The notes beneath the pieces were generated by a model that ran no database searches, was not told the DNA's origin, and worked only from the letters and a program-made list of their open reading frames with translations. A stretch of 64,000 nucleotides of DNA from the NCBI RefSeq assembly GCF_009914755.1, contig NC_060932.1, one strand, 5' to 3'. Of this stretch, positions 42,522-57,979 are shown in pieces (the first letter of the stretch is position 1; each line of letters begins with the position of its first letter). Source of the stretch: the human T2T-CHM13v2.0 reference genome, Homo sapiens. A program made the position numbers and the translations under genes.

Positions 42522-44654
42522 AAACATTTTTTAATATTTAAAAAATCTGAGATGACCAGGGAGTTTTTATTTAATCACATTTTAGATATCTAATTTTTTC
42601 TTCCTTCATCAATCAGATTATTTGCATTTTTAGTCCAAATTGAATTTTTGAAAGTTTCCAAATCTTCCTTGGTTTTCATTTCAGAGGATTTATAGCCTTT
42701 ATTCTCTTCTAATTCTTGAGATCTTCACATGCCTGAGGTAGAAGAAAATATTTAAATTTAAAAAAATCAAATTTTTGAGATCAACCTTCCCAAATTACAG
42801 TCTGATAGCCAGATCCCATTCTTTGCTTTTACAAACTGAAAAGTGGCATGATCGCTTTTCTTCATGGTTTCTGTGAAAGTTCAAAAACCACTTTCTTCTT
42901 GTGGGTCACAATTAGGCTCAGAGTTGCTGCTAGGTGCCCTGGTTATTGAGGAATTGCTACCATCACAACTCCTTTTCCTGTGATTTTTTTTTTCCGTTTC
43001 AAATTTTCATTTGTTTTTAGCCTAAAACAAATAAACAACTAAAACTCTAAAATTTTTAGTTGTTGCTTGATAAATAAGAAACAAAATAATACAATCTCTG
43101 GGTCCTTGGTGAAAACTGTATTTCTCGCTGAAGAAACTGCACCTTTTTACTGGTTTCAGAAAAAATGAGACCTCTTTTTCATTAGCATTTATCAACAGTA
43201 CAAGTTTCTTTTCATTTTTATTGCCATTGGAATTGTATTCATTACTTCCAATCAATATTCTTTCTGGTATATTGATATGCTAGCAGTCTAGCATAAAACT
43301 GTTATTTAAAATCTAGTTTTGTATTAAATACATTTGTCTTTGAAATGAAGAAAATAGAATATGGATTTTTAGGGACAGGTGTATACTATGCACTATGACA
43401 AAAACTAAGGAAAATACTTAGTAAAATTATAATTTCTATATTAATGTTGCAAACTAAAGGGACATGTACAAAATTAGAAAATTTTCTGAATAAAGAGCTC
43501 TACAATTATATTATAATTGCTGAGTATTGAAAATTACTTTGCATAGTTATATTTCAACTTTGGTAAGGCTTTTATGTGATACATATCACAATCATATATG
43601 TTACATATAACATAGTACACAGCACTATCATTGGAAATGCTTGTATGTTGTAATGCTATATACAAACTTTAATAGCAAGGATTTAACAGAAGTTTGTCAG
43701 TGATAACAGTGATAGTGACTTACGATGGAATGTCTCATAATAGCAGACTTCTGGGAACAATTGAATCCACAAAATAATGTATCCACTTCTAGTTAAACGG
43801 TTTGATGTAAAAAGTTTTGACTGAATTAAATCCATGCATGTCTTAGTTATGTCTAAGATGAGGAATCTTTCCCAGAGTTAAATCCCTGAGACCATTTTTC
43901 TACTCCTAATCTGAATGGAGTTCCTGAAACTCATAGTTTGTCCTATTCTAACCGTGGCTTCTTTGACAAATCTGTGTCTAGAAGTCAAGAGAGAAATTAC
44001 AGTTAGAAGCTGTTAAAAATAAACTCAGCTCATTTCAGCATCTTCTCCAGTGGTATTATCTATCTGCTCAACCTCCTTTTCTCTCTAGTGTGAGTCCAAT
44101 CTTCTCTCTGGCACTAGAAGACAGTTCAGAAGTAAACGAGCAAAGCACGTCACTAGCGTTCAACATCATTTACTTGATCACAGAGTATCTGGTGAGTAAT
44201 GGTGCTAGAAGTATGAGTAAAGGGCATTGACTGGTAGCTCCATTTATTTAAAGATAACATGCTTTACATTTCCTTGACCTTTAGGTCTAATCCAAATGAC
44301 ATGTCATTTAGAATAATGACAAATTTGGCTATTTTGAATATGAAATGAAAACAGCTCCTGTAGTTGGATTACTTTGATGTAACCTCATTTTGGTGTAAAG
44401 ATGTTAGCATTTAGTTTATCTTATTTCGTTTCATGAAAACAAATGGAAATATATATTATTTCCAGTACAAAATGTATGAAATAATTTTGCGGGTAGAAAT
44501 ATTTTCAAGGCTTGTGCCTGAAGAAAATTTTAACCCAAACAGTCTCAGGGACGTCTCATAAAATAGAACATCCAATAAAAATACAGACTTGAGAGTAATG
44601 GAACTCTAACTTCAGAGAAACCTGAAGATTTTCATATAATGTGGGTGAAGTATA

Positions 44655-45213
<559 letters not shown>

Positions 45214-46176
45214 TGTTAGGCAAGTTTTCAAACTTTGGGCCATGTGGCCCACTGCAGATTACACGGGCTCCGAGAGAGTCAGACAGGCAACAGTGGGTGT
45301 GACCAGTTGAGTAACTGGGGGTGAAGTAAGCTTAGTTCATGGCTACACTGATCAACCCTACTTCTCCATCATCTCGCCCACGTGCCTCCTCTTTCTCCGG
45401 ACTATTGTGTTTTTGGTCCTCCATTCATTCTGCTTCCTCTAAAACTCATACTTCCACGTCCCAATCAGAATAAGCAGTCAATTTGATTGAAAATAAGTAA
45501 AGCAACAAAAGGGAAACGATGTCATTATCAACCTTTCCTGCAGCCTCCACCCAGCTCAATAGATATTCCAGCTACTGCTGTGGTTGTATAATGTGATTCA
45601 GGATGTGGAGGTTGTAGAGTGAAAAAAATAAAATTAAATTCTGTAAAGTCAGCAAGTTAGCAGTACTTTGGGATATCTTGGTTGCTCTTCTAAAACACTC
45701 TCCCCACACACTTACGTGTTCTGTCCAAAGTTTATTAATGAGCAAGGAAGTTTAGGGGGAGAGCTGGGCCTAACACAGGATTAAGAACCCAAGTGGCTCA
45801 GGAAGGGGCCATTCACAGCTTTGTGCTCCATCGCCCAGAGAGAATAGGCTAAGATGGTGGGGAGAGGGAGGGAGACGATATAAAAAATGTTTCTATTTCC
45901 CAGCCCAAGTCTGTCATCTTCTGTCTCCTGGGCACTGGGATAGAATTTCTTATGGCCCAAACCTCACTAAATTCCAAACGAAAACAACCCATTGAACTAC
46001 TATTCACTTTGCTTCTCGTTGTCTCTCTCTCTCTCCATCTCTCTGTCTCTCTCCTTCTCTCTCTCAGACTGTGGTGCCTGGAGGTATTTGGATATTATTT
46101 GGAATGTCACATTTTAAGTAGACACTTGCTTTCTCACAGATGTTCTAATGTCTACAGCTACCAAACCAAACTTACA

Positions 46177-46661
46177 TGATATTCATTATATATTGCTGTG
46201 TAACACAATTTACCACCACTGAATGTAGTGGATTAAAACAACACATCTGTTTGTGTGACTCCGGAGTCCAGGCAGAGCTTCCTTGGGTCCTATGATTAGG
46301 ATCTTTCAGAGCAGCAGTCAAGGTATCATCTGGAGTTGGTTCTCATCCATAGGCTTGTCTAAGGAGGCATCCACTTTCCTGTTTCCATGTTGGCAGCATC
46401 CAGTTCTGTACAGCTGTAGGATTTGTGGTTGCTTGCTTCTTCAAAGTAAAAAAAAAAATAAAATGAGAGAGGGATCAGGCAGAGTCTGCTAGCAAGAGGA
46501 TGCAACATAATAATGCAAATGACATCACATCTCTTTGGCCATTTTCCAGTGGTTAAAGACAAGTCCCAGGTCTTGCCCATACTCAGGGGCAGTAATTACA
46601 TGAAGTGTGAACACCAGGAGGTGGAACACACGGCAGTCACTTTTGGAGCCTATCAACCACA
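46177..46661 (-). mobile_element. MLT1F-like MaLR LTR
   Basis: tattgctgtgtaaca...gtggattaaaacaacac; tgtgaacaccaggaggtgg...accaca. Confidence 0.8.
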
Positions 46662-48134
46662 CTCTCCTCCTTGGCAGAAACATCCTATTTGACTTATTCC
46701 AGTCAAGCCTCCTATTTGGGATCTTCAAGACGTATTAAAAATTCCATCTGTTGTTATCCACCTTGATAATGTTTAAAAGAGTTTTTATAGACATTGTTCT
46801 TGATAGACTGGTATTCTTTAGTGTTAAATTTCTTAAGCTTAGCAGTCCTTTTGCTTTATTTCATTAAAAAGATTCAAGAAAGATAAAGTAATTTTTCTAT
46901 ATTTGCATTGCTATTTTTATATTTGATATCTTGTTGCTATATTTCAATACTGTAAGGTGCAATGGAATGAACAAGTTTATGTAATCATTAAAAACCTCTC
47001 AAAATTTTATAATCGTTTATGACAATGTAATTCCTTCATAATTTTCATCAGCTTTATTTCCTTCAGAATGGGTTAGTGACCTCATCTCTCATATATTGCT
47101 TCTTGCCTGATGATTCTTAGTCAACATATTCCTTCTGGTTTTAAAAATCATTGTTACTTTCTTGGGTTTGTGAGGCAGCACATGATGAAAAATGGATTTA
47201 TTATTTTATTTGTATTTTTTGCATGGACCACCAATAATACTGCTAGCTCTATGTTTTGCTTTGGTTCCGGCAACCTAAAGCAGAAGAAATGTTTTCACAT
47301 TATTTCTTCCTTCACTTACCAAATCAATCACTGAGATGGTACAAGACACATTATACTATGGCGGCTCTTCAGAAGCCTTGGAAGTAGGTTTGACGACATT
47401 TGGTCTCATCAATTCCACAGGAAAGGCAAAGGATACTTCCTCTGTTCAGGAAAGCGCATGAGCTTTGAAATAAACATCCAGGTATAATTTAAAATAACAA
47501 ACTGTAATCTATATAACTACATAAAACCTTTAAAAATAATCACCCTTGAAAACAAATGTATTATTTCTATTCTGGCCATGCCGGAATTCCTGGATACTTG
47601 TAATCAGAGGTAATGCTGTATCCCTACGATGATATCAGGAAGTACAGGTGTTCTACTCTGTATTCCCTGACAGAAAATGTATATTTCCATGGTATCCCAG
47701 GATCGCCCACACAGAAATATGGAGGGTACCACATACAGTTTGTTGAGTACATTACTGACAGGTTTAATGAATAAGCAAATATTCTAATTTCTGCATATAT
47801 ATTTAATGTCGGTTGGTATCTAAATACAAATATTTAAGCACAAAGTTATTCTTTATTATTTAACCTTGGGCAGATTTTGTTGGATTTGGCTTTTAAAGAC
47901 TGTAACTGGATACATTGATGGGCAAGACGCTTTTTAACAGGTACTGGAAATAAACAATCAGACATTGTCACAGGCATAGTTGTGGCTTTTTCCTAGAGTA
48001 AGAATTTCAGAAGAGTAATCTCAAAAAGAATGAAATTTGTAGATAGATACATTTCACCATTAAAATTAATTATATTGTGTTCTATAATTTAATGTTTTTA
48101 GTATGTATTAAGTAAGCCATCTGTTATCAGAATG

Positions 48135-48350
48135 ACAGTATTGACCAGTAGAATGCATTCCAGACTTGGAGTGAAAAGGATTAACTTTGAATTCTGACTC
48201 CATCCCTAGAATGGAAATTTCTCTTCTACTCACCACCATCACCTGTGAAGTGGGGGTAATAAGAGCATTCTTTCCTGCTTCCCAGGGCTGCCATGCATGT
48301 CAAAACACATGTGATAGCGCTTTCGTAAACTCTAAAGCAACTGTAAGCTT
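48135..48350 (+). mobile_element. MIR
   Basis: cacctgtgaagtgggggtaataa...gcgctttcgtaaactctaaagca. Confidence 0.65.
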
Positions 48351-50639
48351 TTATTAGAAGTTAGCTTCTGTAAATATACATTGTTCTGGGAATGCAATCA
48401 CACACAAAACTACAGCATTAAAACTCATGATGCAGCAATACAAAGCATGCAGAGGGAGGCTTTAAAAAGTTAATGAGATATGAGACCAGTAAATACCTAA
48501 GTGGAAAATAATTATTTTCTACTTGCTCGACACTGTAAAGATAACAGTATGTCCAAAATTCAGGAAAAGTTTTTTATCTGGTCATGTTGCCATCTATGGC
48601 TCCTTGTACGGGGAGGCAGGAATGAATGGCAGGTCAGAGGAGGCAGATATGCTGTCAGAAATATCATTTGGATTATAAATGAAAGTATTAGGAAGCTTCC
48701 TTGGAGAGGGCTGAGTTGTAAGAAACTGAAAATGGGAAACATTTGCCCAAGAGACAAATTCTTCACACAATATTTAGTTTGCTTCCTTAGAGACTATTCC
48801 TTTCAATTTTAGAACAATACTGCTCACTGAGATTGAGAATTTAAATAACTTTTCTGTAGCCAATTGTGGACTCTATTCTAAAAAAAAGAGCAAAAGAAGC
48901 AAAAACATTGGTAGAAAGAGAAAAATACTGCCCAGCTTGAAGTGTTTCTCTTGGTGTATATATTGTAGGCATAAAGTACGCTTAGTGTATAGTGTACTTA
49001 GTCTATTTTAACACGTATTGTAAGCCCTACTTAAATTTGCCAACTTGCCGAAATGGCATCAATTCATATTTCTGGACTGTTACCAGGAAACTTCTGTGGA
49101 TTTCTTAGATATGACAAAAAAGGCAAACATTGATAGTGAGAATACCAGTCATTTAAAAGACAAAACAAACAGACTACTTTAAATGGAAAGAGTAACCAAT
49201 CCCATCCTCAAAAAACAGTACACCTTTAAGCATATATATACGCACATACTTAAATATACACACACGATGGAAGGCTGATACCTTCACAACCTAGTGTAAT
49301 GGAAATAAAGTCCTCATGAAATATATTTTCCCTCTCACACAAGCTGTAAAGTCACAGCAGACTAGATTATATTCCATAGCCAGAAGCACTACCTTTTATT
49401 CATACAGTAGATGGGGTAAATCATCAGAATTATATAGCAGGGACATGTTTCCCCACAACTTCAGCTAGTGAAAACTTCAAAAGGTAGAAAAAAAATCTCT
49501 CTAATATTGGATCACATTACTGATTTGCGGTATTTTCTAAATCATGGTAATAAATTCAGTACAAAATCCTTTTAGTAGACTTCATGGCAGAGCACAACAG
49601 TGAGTCGAAAGAAATGTAAAGGACTGAAGTAATCAAAGAAAGAGTGGCACAGCTTAGGCTTGTTTGGTGAGTACATAGCCTTTTTTTCCTTTCATACCTA
49701 TGTTTATGCATATCTCACAATAACAGTAATTATAATTATTTTGTTGTTAACCATAGAGCTTTCCTTTTATAAGAGAGAAGATCCATCAAGAGTTATTGAT
49801 GAACTCTGCAGTTAATGTTCCAAACCGTTTTTTACAGACCTGGAAGGTATATGTTCAAAAGTATTCCAAATATATTTTAAAAAAAGTTGTGTGCTGGTTT
49901 TATCAAATGAGTCTGCTAAAATTAAAAATGAAGCAAGTAAACCCCCCCATAGACTATTTATAGCTGAAATCAATAACTCATCTAAAACAGCATGCATATC
50001 TAGAAATACACTTGCTAATAGGTTCACTTGACCTATTTCTAGTAACGATAATGTTTATTTTACTTTCCTGTGAACTGAATATATTGCTTAACAATGACAT
50101 TTGTAAGCAGATACATGAATCTTTGAGAGAAAATTTGAGGAACCAAAAAATGTCACAGGAAACTATTACCTTGGAGAAGGTAATAGTTTCCATCATTCCG
50201 TCTATTCTATTGAGAGGAAGGTGAAGGTACAAATTCCGTATCTTTAAATATACAGGTAACGAGTTTTCAGTGATAGGTAGATGGACACCCACCCCACACG
50301 AATCTGCTTCGGTTTATCCTTCCCTCAAAAGTGTGTATTTACAAAAATAAGGAGTTAATTCCCAAAGTTCTGAGTTAGAATCAACATGTTAACTTTTCTC
50401 TTAATGGAAAACCTTCCCTGAAAACAAGTGTCGCTAGCTCTGGTCAATTAGGATTACCTGCTAAGAGATATTAATGTGTGTATAGTGCCCATGGTCTTAT
50501 GGTTGTCTTGTGATCGTATATTTTAAAAACCAGTTATATCCTCACTGAATACTAAAAATTTGATCATTATTGGCTGGGAAATTCAGTTTTCTTGCAGGTA
50601 TGAGTCATACCTTTGAATAAGCCTTACTTTGATGAGTTA

Positions 50640-51011
50640 TTATTGAAGTCTTTGCTCAAATGTCATCTGTTCATTGAGGGCTTTCTTCACCACCCTATTA
50701 AAATTGTAATCCCAGGCCGGGTGCTGTGGCTCATGCCTGTAATCCCAGAGCTTTGGGAGGCCAAGGCAGGAGGATCATTTGAGGCCAGGAGTTTGAAGCT
50801 ATAGTGAACTATGACTGTGCCACTGCACTCCAGCTTGGGTGACACAGTGAGACCTCCTCTCTCTATATATATACTGATATATATACACACATACTTATAT
50901 ACTTTCTCCACCCTGCAGTTGATGCCACTTAATGGCCCCCCTTTTTCTTTTTTTCTGTAGCACTATTCACCTTCTAAAATGTTAAATGGTTGACTTATAT
51001 GTATTGTTTAT
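50640..51011 (+). mobile_element. L2a fragment, split by an Alu monomer and bounded by MSTA
   Basis: gtctttgctcaaatgtcatc; tagcactattcaccttctaa. Confidence 0.65.
50715..50860 (+). mobile_element. Monomeric AluJ/FRAM-like element
   Basis: Left-arm start joined to right-arm end; (CT)/(TA) tail. Confidence 0.85.
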
Positions 51012-52408
51012 TGTATTAAGCCATTCTTGCAAGGCTATAAAAAGTATCTGAGACTCCTTAGTTTATAAAGAAAACAGGTTTAATTGGCTCACGTTTCTGC
51101 AGGTTTTACAGGACGCATGATGGTGACAACTGCTTGGCTTCTAGAAGGCCTCAGGAAGGTTACAATCATGGTAGAAGGTAAAGGGAGAACAGGCACTTCA
51201 CATGGTGAAAGTAGGAGCAAGAGAGAGAGTGAGGAGCGGGAAGGTGTCACATACTTTTTATTTTTTATTATGTATTTTATTATACTTTAAGTTCTAGGGT
51301 ACATGTGCACAACGTGCAGGTTTGATACGTATGTATACATGTGCCATGTTGGTGTGCTGCACCCATTAACTCGTCATTTACATTAGACATAACTCCTAAT
51401 GCTATCCCTCCCTGCTCCCCCGACCCCATGACAGGCCCCGGTGTGTGATGTTCCCCACCCTGTGTCCAAGTGTTCTAATTGTTCAATTTCCACCTATGAG
51501 TGAGAACATGCGGGGTTTGGTTTTCTGTCCTTGCCATAGTTTGCTCAGAATGATGGTTTCCAGCTTCATCCATGTCCCTGCGAAGGACACGAACTCATCA
51601 TTTTTTATGGCTGCATAGTATTCCACGGTGTGTATCTGCCACATTTTCTTAATCCAGTCTATCATTGATGGACATTTGAGTTGGTTCCAAGTCTCTGCTA
51701 TTGTGAATAGTGCCGCATTAAACATACGTGTGCATGTGTCTTTATAGTAGCATGATTTATAATCCTTTTGGTATATACCCAGTAACGGGATGGCTGGGTC
51801 AAATGGCATTGCTAGTTCTAGATCCTTGAGGAATTGCCACACTGTCTTTCACAATGGTTGAACTAGTTTACAGTCCCACCAACAGTGTAAAAGTATTCCT
51901 ATTTCTCCTGTTGTTTCCTGACTTTTTAATGATGGCCTTTCTAACTGGTGTGAGATGGTATCTCATTGTGGTTTTGATTTGCATTTCTCTGATGGCCAGT
52001 GATGATGAGCATTTTTTCCTGTGTCTGTTGGCTGCATAAATGTCTTCTTTTGAGAAGTGTCTGTTCATATCCTTCACCCACATTTTGATGGGGTTGTTTG
52101 ATTTTTTCTTGTAAATTTGTTTAAGTGCACAGCAAAAGAAACTACCATCAGAGTGAACAGGCAACCTACAGAATGGGAGAAAATTTTTACAATCTACCTA
52201 TCTGACAAAGGGCTAATATCCAGAATCTACAAAGAACACATACTTTTTAAATGACCAGATCTCACTAGAGCTTACTACCACAAAGACAGCATCAAGCCAT
52301 GAGAGGTCCTTCCCCGTGATCCAAACACCTCCCACCAGGCCCACCCCCAGCACTGGGGATTACAATTCAACATGCGTTTTGGGCAGGGACAGATATCCAA
52401 ATTTTATT
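51012..52408 (-). mobile_element. MSTA-like MaLR LTR, split by L1PA
   Basis: ggtttaattggctcacg...caatcatggtagaagg; ccaaacacctcccaccaggccc...attacaattcaacatg. Confidence 0.9.
51261..52236 (-). mobile_element. L1PA6/7 3' end with 5' inversion
   Basis: Minus-strand 51261-52126, inverted piece 52126-52236; TSD cacatacttttta at 51248-51260 and 52237-52249. Confidence 0.96.
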
Positions 52409-55400
52409 ATTTATTATTTATCTTTCTAGCTAAAATGTATGGTTGTCACAGATGTGTTTGTGAGTTGAGTAAGGTAGAAAATGACTAAAGGATGTTTCAT
52501 TCTACCACCAACACAAAGCAAAATGAAAAACCAACCAAAAATTCAGCCCTGGTTTTGACTAACACCTACCTGAGGAGTGCTCCTTGGACCCAGGGCCTCA
52601 AAACCTAGACTTCCAGTGTAGGTATTTGCAAGAAGGTGAAGTGTTGTGAAGTGGGAATCAAGGTGGGGTCTGGAGAAAGAAGGCAGGCCTGAACACTCTG
52701 GCAGACAGCAGGGGTGTCTCGTCTCTGTGTTCTATTCAGAAATCATTGGATCCTTTCATTGCAGTCTTGGAGCTCAGAATAAAGACAGAGAGAAAGAGGT
52801 GACCTGTTCACTGGAGCCAGGAAACAGAAGATGTTTGTGTTGGTTCTGTGAGAACTGAATATTTAAAATATTCTTAAGTTTGAAGGTTTTTCTAGATATT
52901 ACAATAACAGAAATTCACAGATATTGATAAACAACACTCACTTTGAGAGAGAATACATACTGTATATCTTAGGGCAGAGCACTGGGATATATAAATACTT
53001 CTGAATCTTAAGAAACAGTCATTTTAAATGAAGTGGCATTAAATGGTTTTATTTCTCCCATCATGCCATGTTAGCATTTAATAACTTGAAGAGTCAGATT
53101 CTGTCTTTAGTAATTTATACTCAAAGTAAAAGCAATTATGAAGTATTTTTTGATAATGAGGGTTATCATGAAATTTTCTTTGCAATTTCTAAACTGTATA
53201 TGCTGCTGAAAGTTTAGCTAGCATTATCCTATGAATATATGTGGTCGGAAGTATAACACATGAGTTAAAGTGGCCTATAATGATGCCCACAAGAGAAAAC
53301 TTAAAAAAAAAAAGGAGACAGAACTCATACAAAACACAAGTAAACTTGTATTTTAAAGAATCATATAATTAATATGTTTCTTTTTAATTTCTATAAACTG
53401 GTACATGAAAAAAATCCCAAGGAATGCAATACACTATATTACATTTTGAATTCCACAGAATTCTCTTCTTATCCGGGCGTATTTGGATTACATAGGGAGA
53501 ATTCATGGGCAAATGTTTTTTTTTCACTTCTTGGTTGTACAGATTCAGGTGTTGGGGGAAAAAGGGTTGGCAAACCTAAGTTTAGGTGAATACATTTGCA
53601 CCAGTGTAGGGAGGGCTGTAGTGACAGCCCCGGTATGTGCACAATTGTATTCCAATATTCTGTAGCTATGAGGGATTGAATGGGTGTTAAACTAATTTGT
53701 TCACCTTCTTGCAAACATCTTCTTTGCTCTTATGAACACTGTATCCTGTATCTGCAATCAGACCACCAGATGTGACAAAAAATGGTCAGACCTAATACGT
53801 TTAAAACTTGGAAAAAAATACCCTTAGGAAAATGAGCCCATTTTCCTTAATAAATACCGGGCACAAGCATGGGTGTAAAGTTTACAGAAAAAGGAACAAG
53901 CTCTTATGCGTTATGAGAGAGTAGAACTTTGAGCAATGTGAAAAGTTTTATTTAAGAACCTGACTTCAAATACAATCCACCCCATTCTATAGTGAGACAG
54001 AGCGACGCTTCAAATGTAAAAGTTAGATCACTCCTGACACATTTGGGCCAGGTGTGAAATTAGAGTATTTACACTCTCAGGGACTCTTCCCAATTGTTAA
54101 AAAGTCATCCTACCTTCTGGTGTAAGAAGGAGCTCCTCGCCATTTAATTTGCTGGGTACAGCTTAAGTCAGCAGTTTACAATACTCTTTTCTAGAATGTA
54201 ATGAAGATTTATTCATTTTACCTTCCTCCTAATTTGCTCACTTATGACCAAAAGGAAAACAGGATCTGGCTTTCACATGGAGGAAAAGGACCATCCACAC
54301 GATGGGACAGCTGCAAATATTATTTCTGTGCTGATGGCTTGAAACTAACTAATCATTACATTTCAACAGGGATGAGAAGATTTAGCAAGAGAGAATGTTT
54401 CTCAGTTCTCTAATTAAAATAACAGATTTTGAAAGCAGAAATACAGCCTATTACTTTTATAAAAGAAGAAAAATTATTCAGCTCGGAGAAAAATAGTAAG
54501 AACCTCCTATTTCCCAGCTTTTATGTAACTGTGTATATTACAGCAGCATCACCATCCCCCACAGGGTCATTTCAGGTCAAGATGTTACTTTATGTGACTT
54601 TCATTTGGTCACTATGTCAAAGATGAAGGCTATTTTGTGGTTTTTGATAAATTGGAAACTTTGGGTGTGTTTCTAAGAGCTACCCCTAAAGGGCTTCCGT
54701 AGGTAGGAATTTGGTTCAAAACTTGTTCATTCTCTTTACACTTCAGATAAGCAATGAACAAACTGCTATGGTTCTCGATGTCCTTTTTGAACACAGAATT
54801 TAAAGAAAGTGCTATTTGTGACCATCTGGCAAGCTGTCATTCACTAACTGCTGATGAAACACGCCTGAGAAAAGATCCACTATGCTGGCTGTTGCCGGCA
54901 ATTGCAATGTAGGTAGGAACCAGATTCACGACTCAAAGAGATTAATATCAAATTCTACAACTAGAGGCAGACATACTTCAGGCATGCTTAGGAAAAAATA
55001 TACTTTCTGTGAGATAATGCTTTATTCTCCCTCAGTTTTTTACTTTCTTGAGCATAAAAAAAATAAGGGAAACCTCAAACGGTTATTGCCTTTTATTTTT
55101 CTAAAGAGAAGAACTAATCTGTAGAAGGTCACAGATTATGTTCAAAAAGAACAAACCTGGCTTTCTTAATCCCCCAGGCAAGGAAAGACTGCTCTTTTTT
55201 TTTTTTTTTTTTTTTTTTCTGTCCTTGGGAGTAGCTATGTCGAAAAAGATCAAAGGGATTTTTGGCTAAATATGATGTAATGCCAGATGAGTCATTTCCT
55301 CGGGTGCAGGTAGTGAGAAATAAATGCTTATTTTTGTTCACAAAGAAGAAGTTAAAACTTTCGTATTTTCTAATAAGAATTGAAGATACATCTACCTTTT

Positions 55401-55926
55401 GCTATTATGCAGGTCATTTGGTGAATAAAAGAGAGTGCCGGTGAGGTGATTACAGGAATTTCGTTTTGTCCTCACCAGGTCCTTCTCTCATGACAAGTAG
55501 CAAGCCCGTGCAGTGACAAAAGTCTTAGAATATTTATAAAAAGGAGTTCTAAACAGCATAAGAAAAATATGTTTAACAAAGTAATTTTGAGCTTTTCTAA
55601 TGAGAGTTATCTATAACGATTACTTAGCACGGTTCCTGACTAGTAGAAATGGTTACAAAAATAGGGTAGAAATAAATAGCATCTATTCTTAGTAATACCT
55701 CCTGTTCCAGAATAAACGTATATATACACCAATTTCATCTTCTTACAAACTTAAATCAGTAGGATGACTCACCAGGACCAAAAGTGCCTATGGGAAGAAA
55801 GAGTATATCTATTGAGAAGTTCAAAAGAGGCAGTTGTGTACTAGAAAGAAGAAAAGGCATTAATATTTAAAGGCCCCTACCATAAGTCAGTCTCTAGGCT
55901 GGATCTCACATACGTCTATCATGTAA

Positions 55927-56556
<630 letters not shown>

Positions 56557-56694
56557 TCAGTAATAATTTTGATATTTTAAATACCAAGAGTCAAAGTATA
56601 TCCATGTGTTGTATCTTATTTTCTCTTTCTGCCTCTTTTACACACACACTTTTGCTGACACCTGCTCACACATGGTCACCCATGCATTTGTCAA

Positions 56695-56833
56695 TGGGTC
56701 ATATAAGCTATGACTATCATTCTCCACTCTGTGAGGTCTAGTTTTGCGTGGCTTACCAAGCATGGGGAATATGTGGGCCAGAGTCAGTATTTTGATTCCT
56801 ACTCCAGTGCTCTTTCCACTATAACATTCTGCC
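56695..56833 (-). mobile_element. MIR fragment
   Basis: ctccagtgctctttccactataacattctgcct matches the antisense MIR 5' end. Confidence 0.65.
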
Positions 56834-57299
56834 TTTGGAATCACCTGACTGATCAACAATTTAGATAATACAGCCAGCCAATCTAGATAAGACTGACCTA
56901 ATTCTTTAGTTAAATAAGAGGCTTAATTTATGTCTTAAAGAGAATAGGGTTCAATATAACTTAAACAGGAGAATATATTCCTTTATTAGAGATGAAAATG
57001 TAATGAGAGAAAATGATCTGGTGGGCTTACAAAAGTGCTTGTGACTGTTATATCAGATAACTTGTCAAACCATGGAAACGCACAGACTTCTAGAATGGGA
57101 GATAAGAATGAATAATCAGTGTGTTCCCTTTGGTGATCTTCTCATGCAGCTTTATGTTAATCTTTTCACATTCTCTATAAAGTACATTTACTTCAACTGG
57201 GAACTGAGTCTTTTATTTGTTATATATTCAGCCAAATGATGAAGAAGTAATTCTTTAATTATGTTATCAACGCAGCATGCTATAAAATTTCAGATGAAG

Positions 57300-57915
57300 A
57301 CTACTCATTCATTCATCTAAATGAAGATTTAGTGAGCTGTCACTATATACCAAGTATTTTGAGGATACTTGGGGAATAAGACAGACACTTTTCCTTCCTT
57401 CATTAAGCTTCCACTTTACTTAGGGAGACAGAAAATTAAAAGTAGAGAAATAATTAAGTGTTATAAATTCAGGTTGTATTAAGTGTCATGAAGAAAAACA
57501 AAGTCAAATAAAGAAATTAAAAGTGATGGTTAGTGTTACAAGGAGAAGAACGATGATTCATGAATGGGTAAATTAGGAGCAGCCTCTTTGAGGAGAAAAG
57601 ATTGGAGCAGAGACCTCGACATGGGGAGTAAAGAGCTGGATGAGGAACATTCCAAGCAATGGAGACGAATGTAAATCTCCATGGCGGAGATAAGGTTGGA
57701 TGCCAGGATAGCTGGGGTGGGTTAAGGAGAAGCTAGAATGACAAGACGGATGTTTGGACACCTGGCCGGGACAATTAGAGTCCTGCTGTCCTTGGTCAGG
57801 AGTTTATAGACTTTATCTGACCTAGACAGATACAGACTGGTGTTTGAAAAGGATGATTCTACCTGCTATGTGGTGAATAGGCTGTAAGGGATTGAGCTAG
57901 AGTGAAAGGAGGGCA
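57300..57915 (-). mobile_element. L2 3' region (resumes at about 59432-59520)
   Basis: cattcattcat tail; ggagcagagacct; gaacattccaagca; resumes with gttttcaaggtagagccaatgggac. Confidence 0.78.
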
Positions 57916-57922
57916 GTCATGA

Positions 57923-57923
<1 letters not shown>

Positions 57924-57955
<32 letters not shown>

Positions 57956-57979
57956 CGTGCGCGCGCACACACACACACA
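57924..57979. repeat. (CA)n-(CG)n-(CA)n microsatellite
   Basis: Seen directly. Confidence 0.95.

Noticed and set aside
53763-53776. CCACCAGATGTGAC as a CTCF site
   Set aside because: Lacks the conserved GG/GC 3' half of the motif
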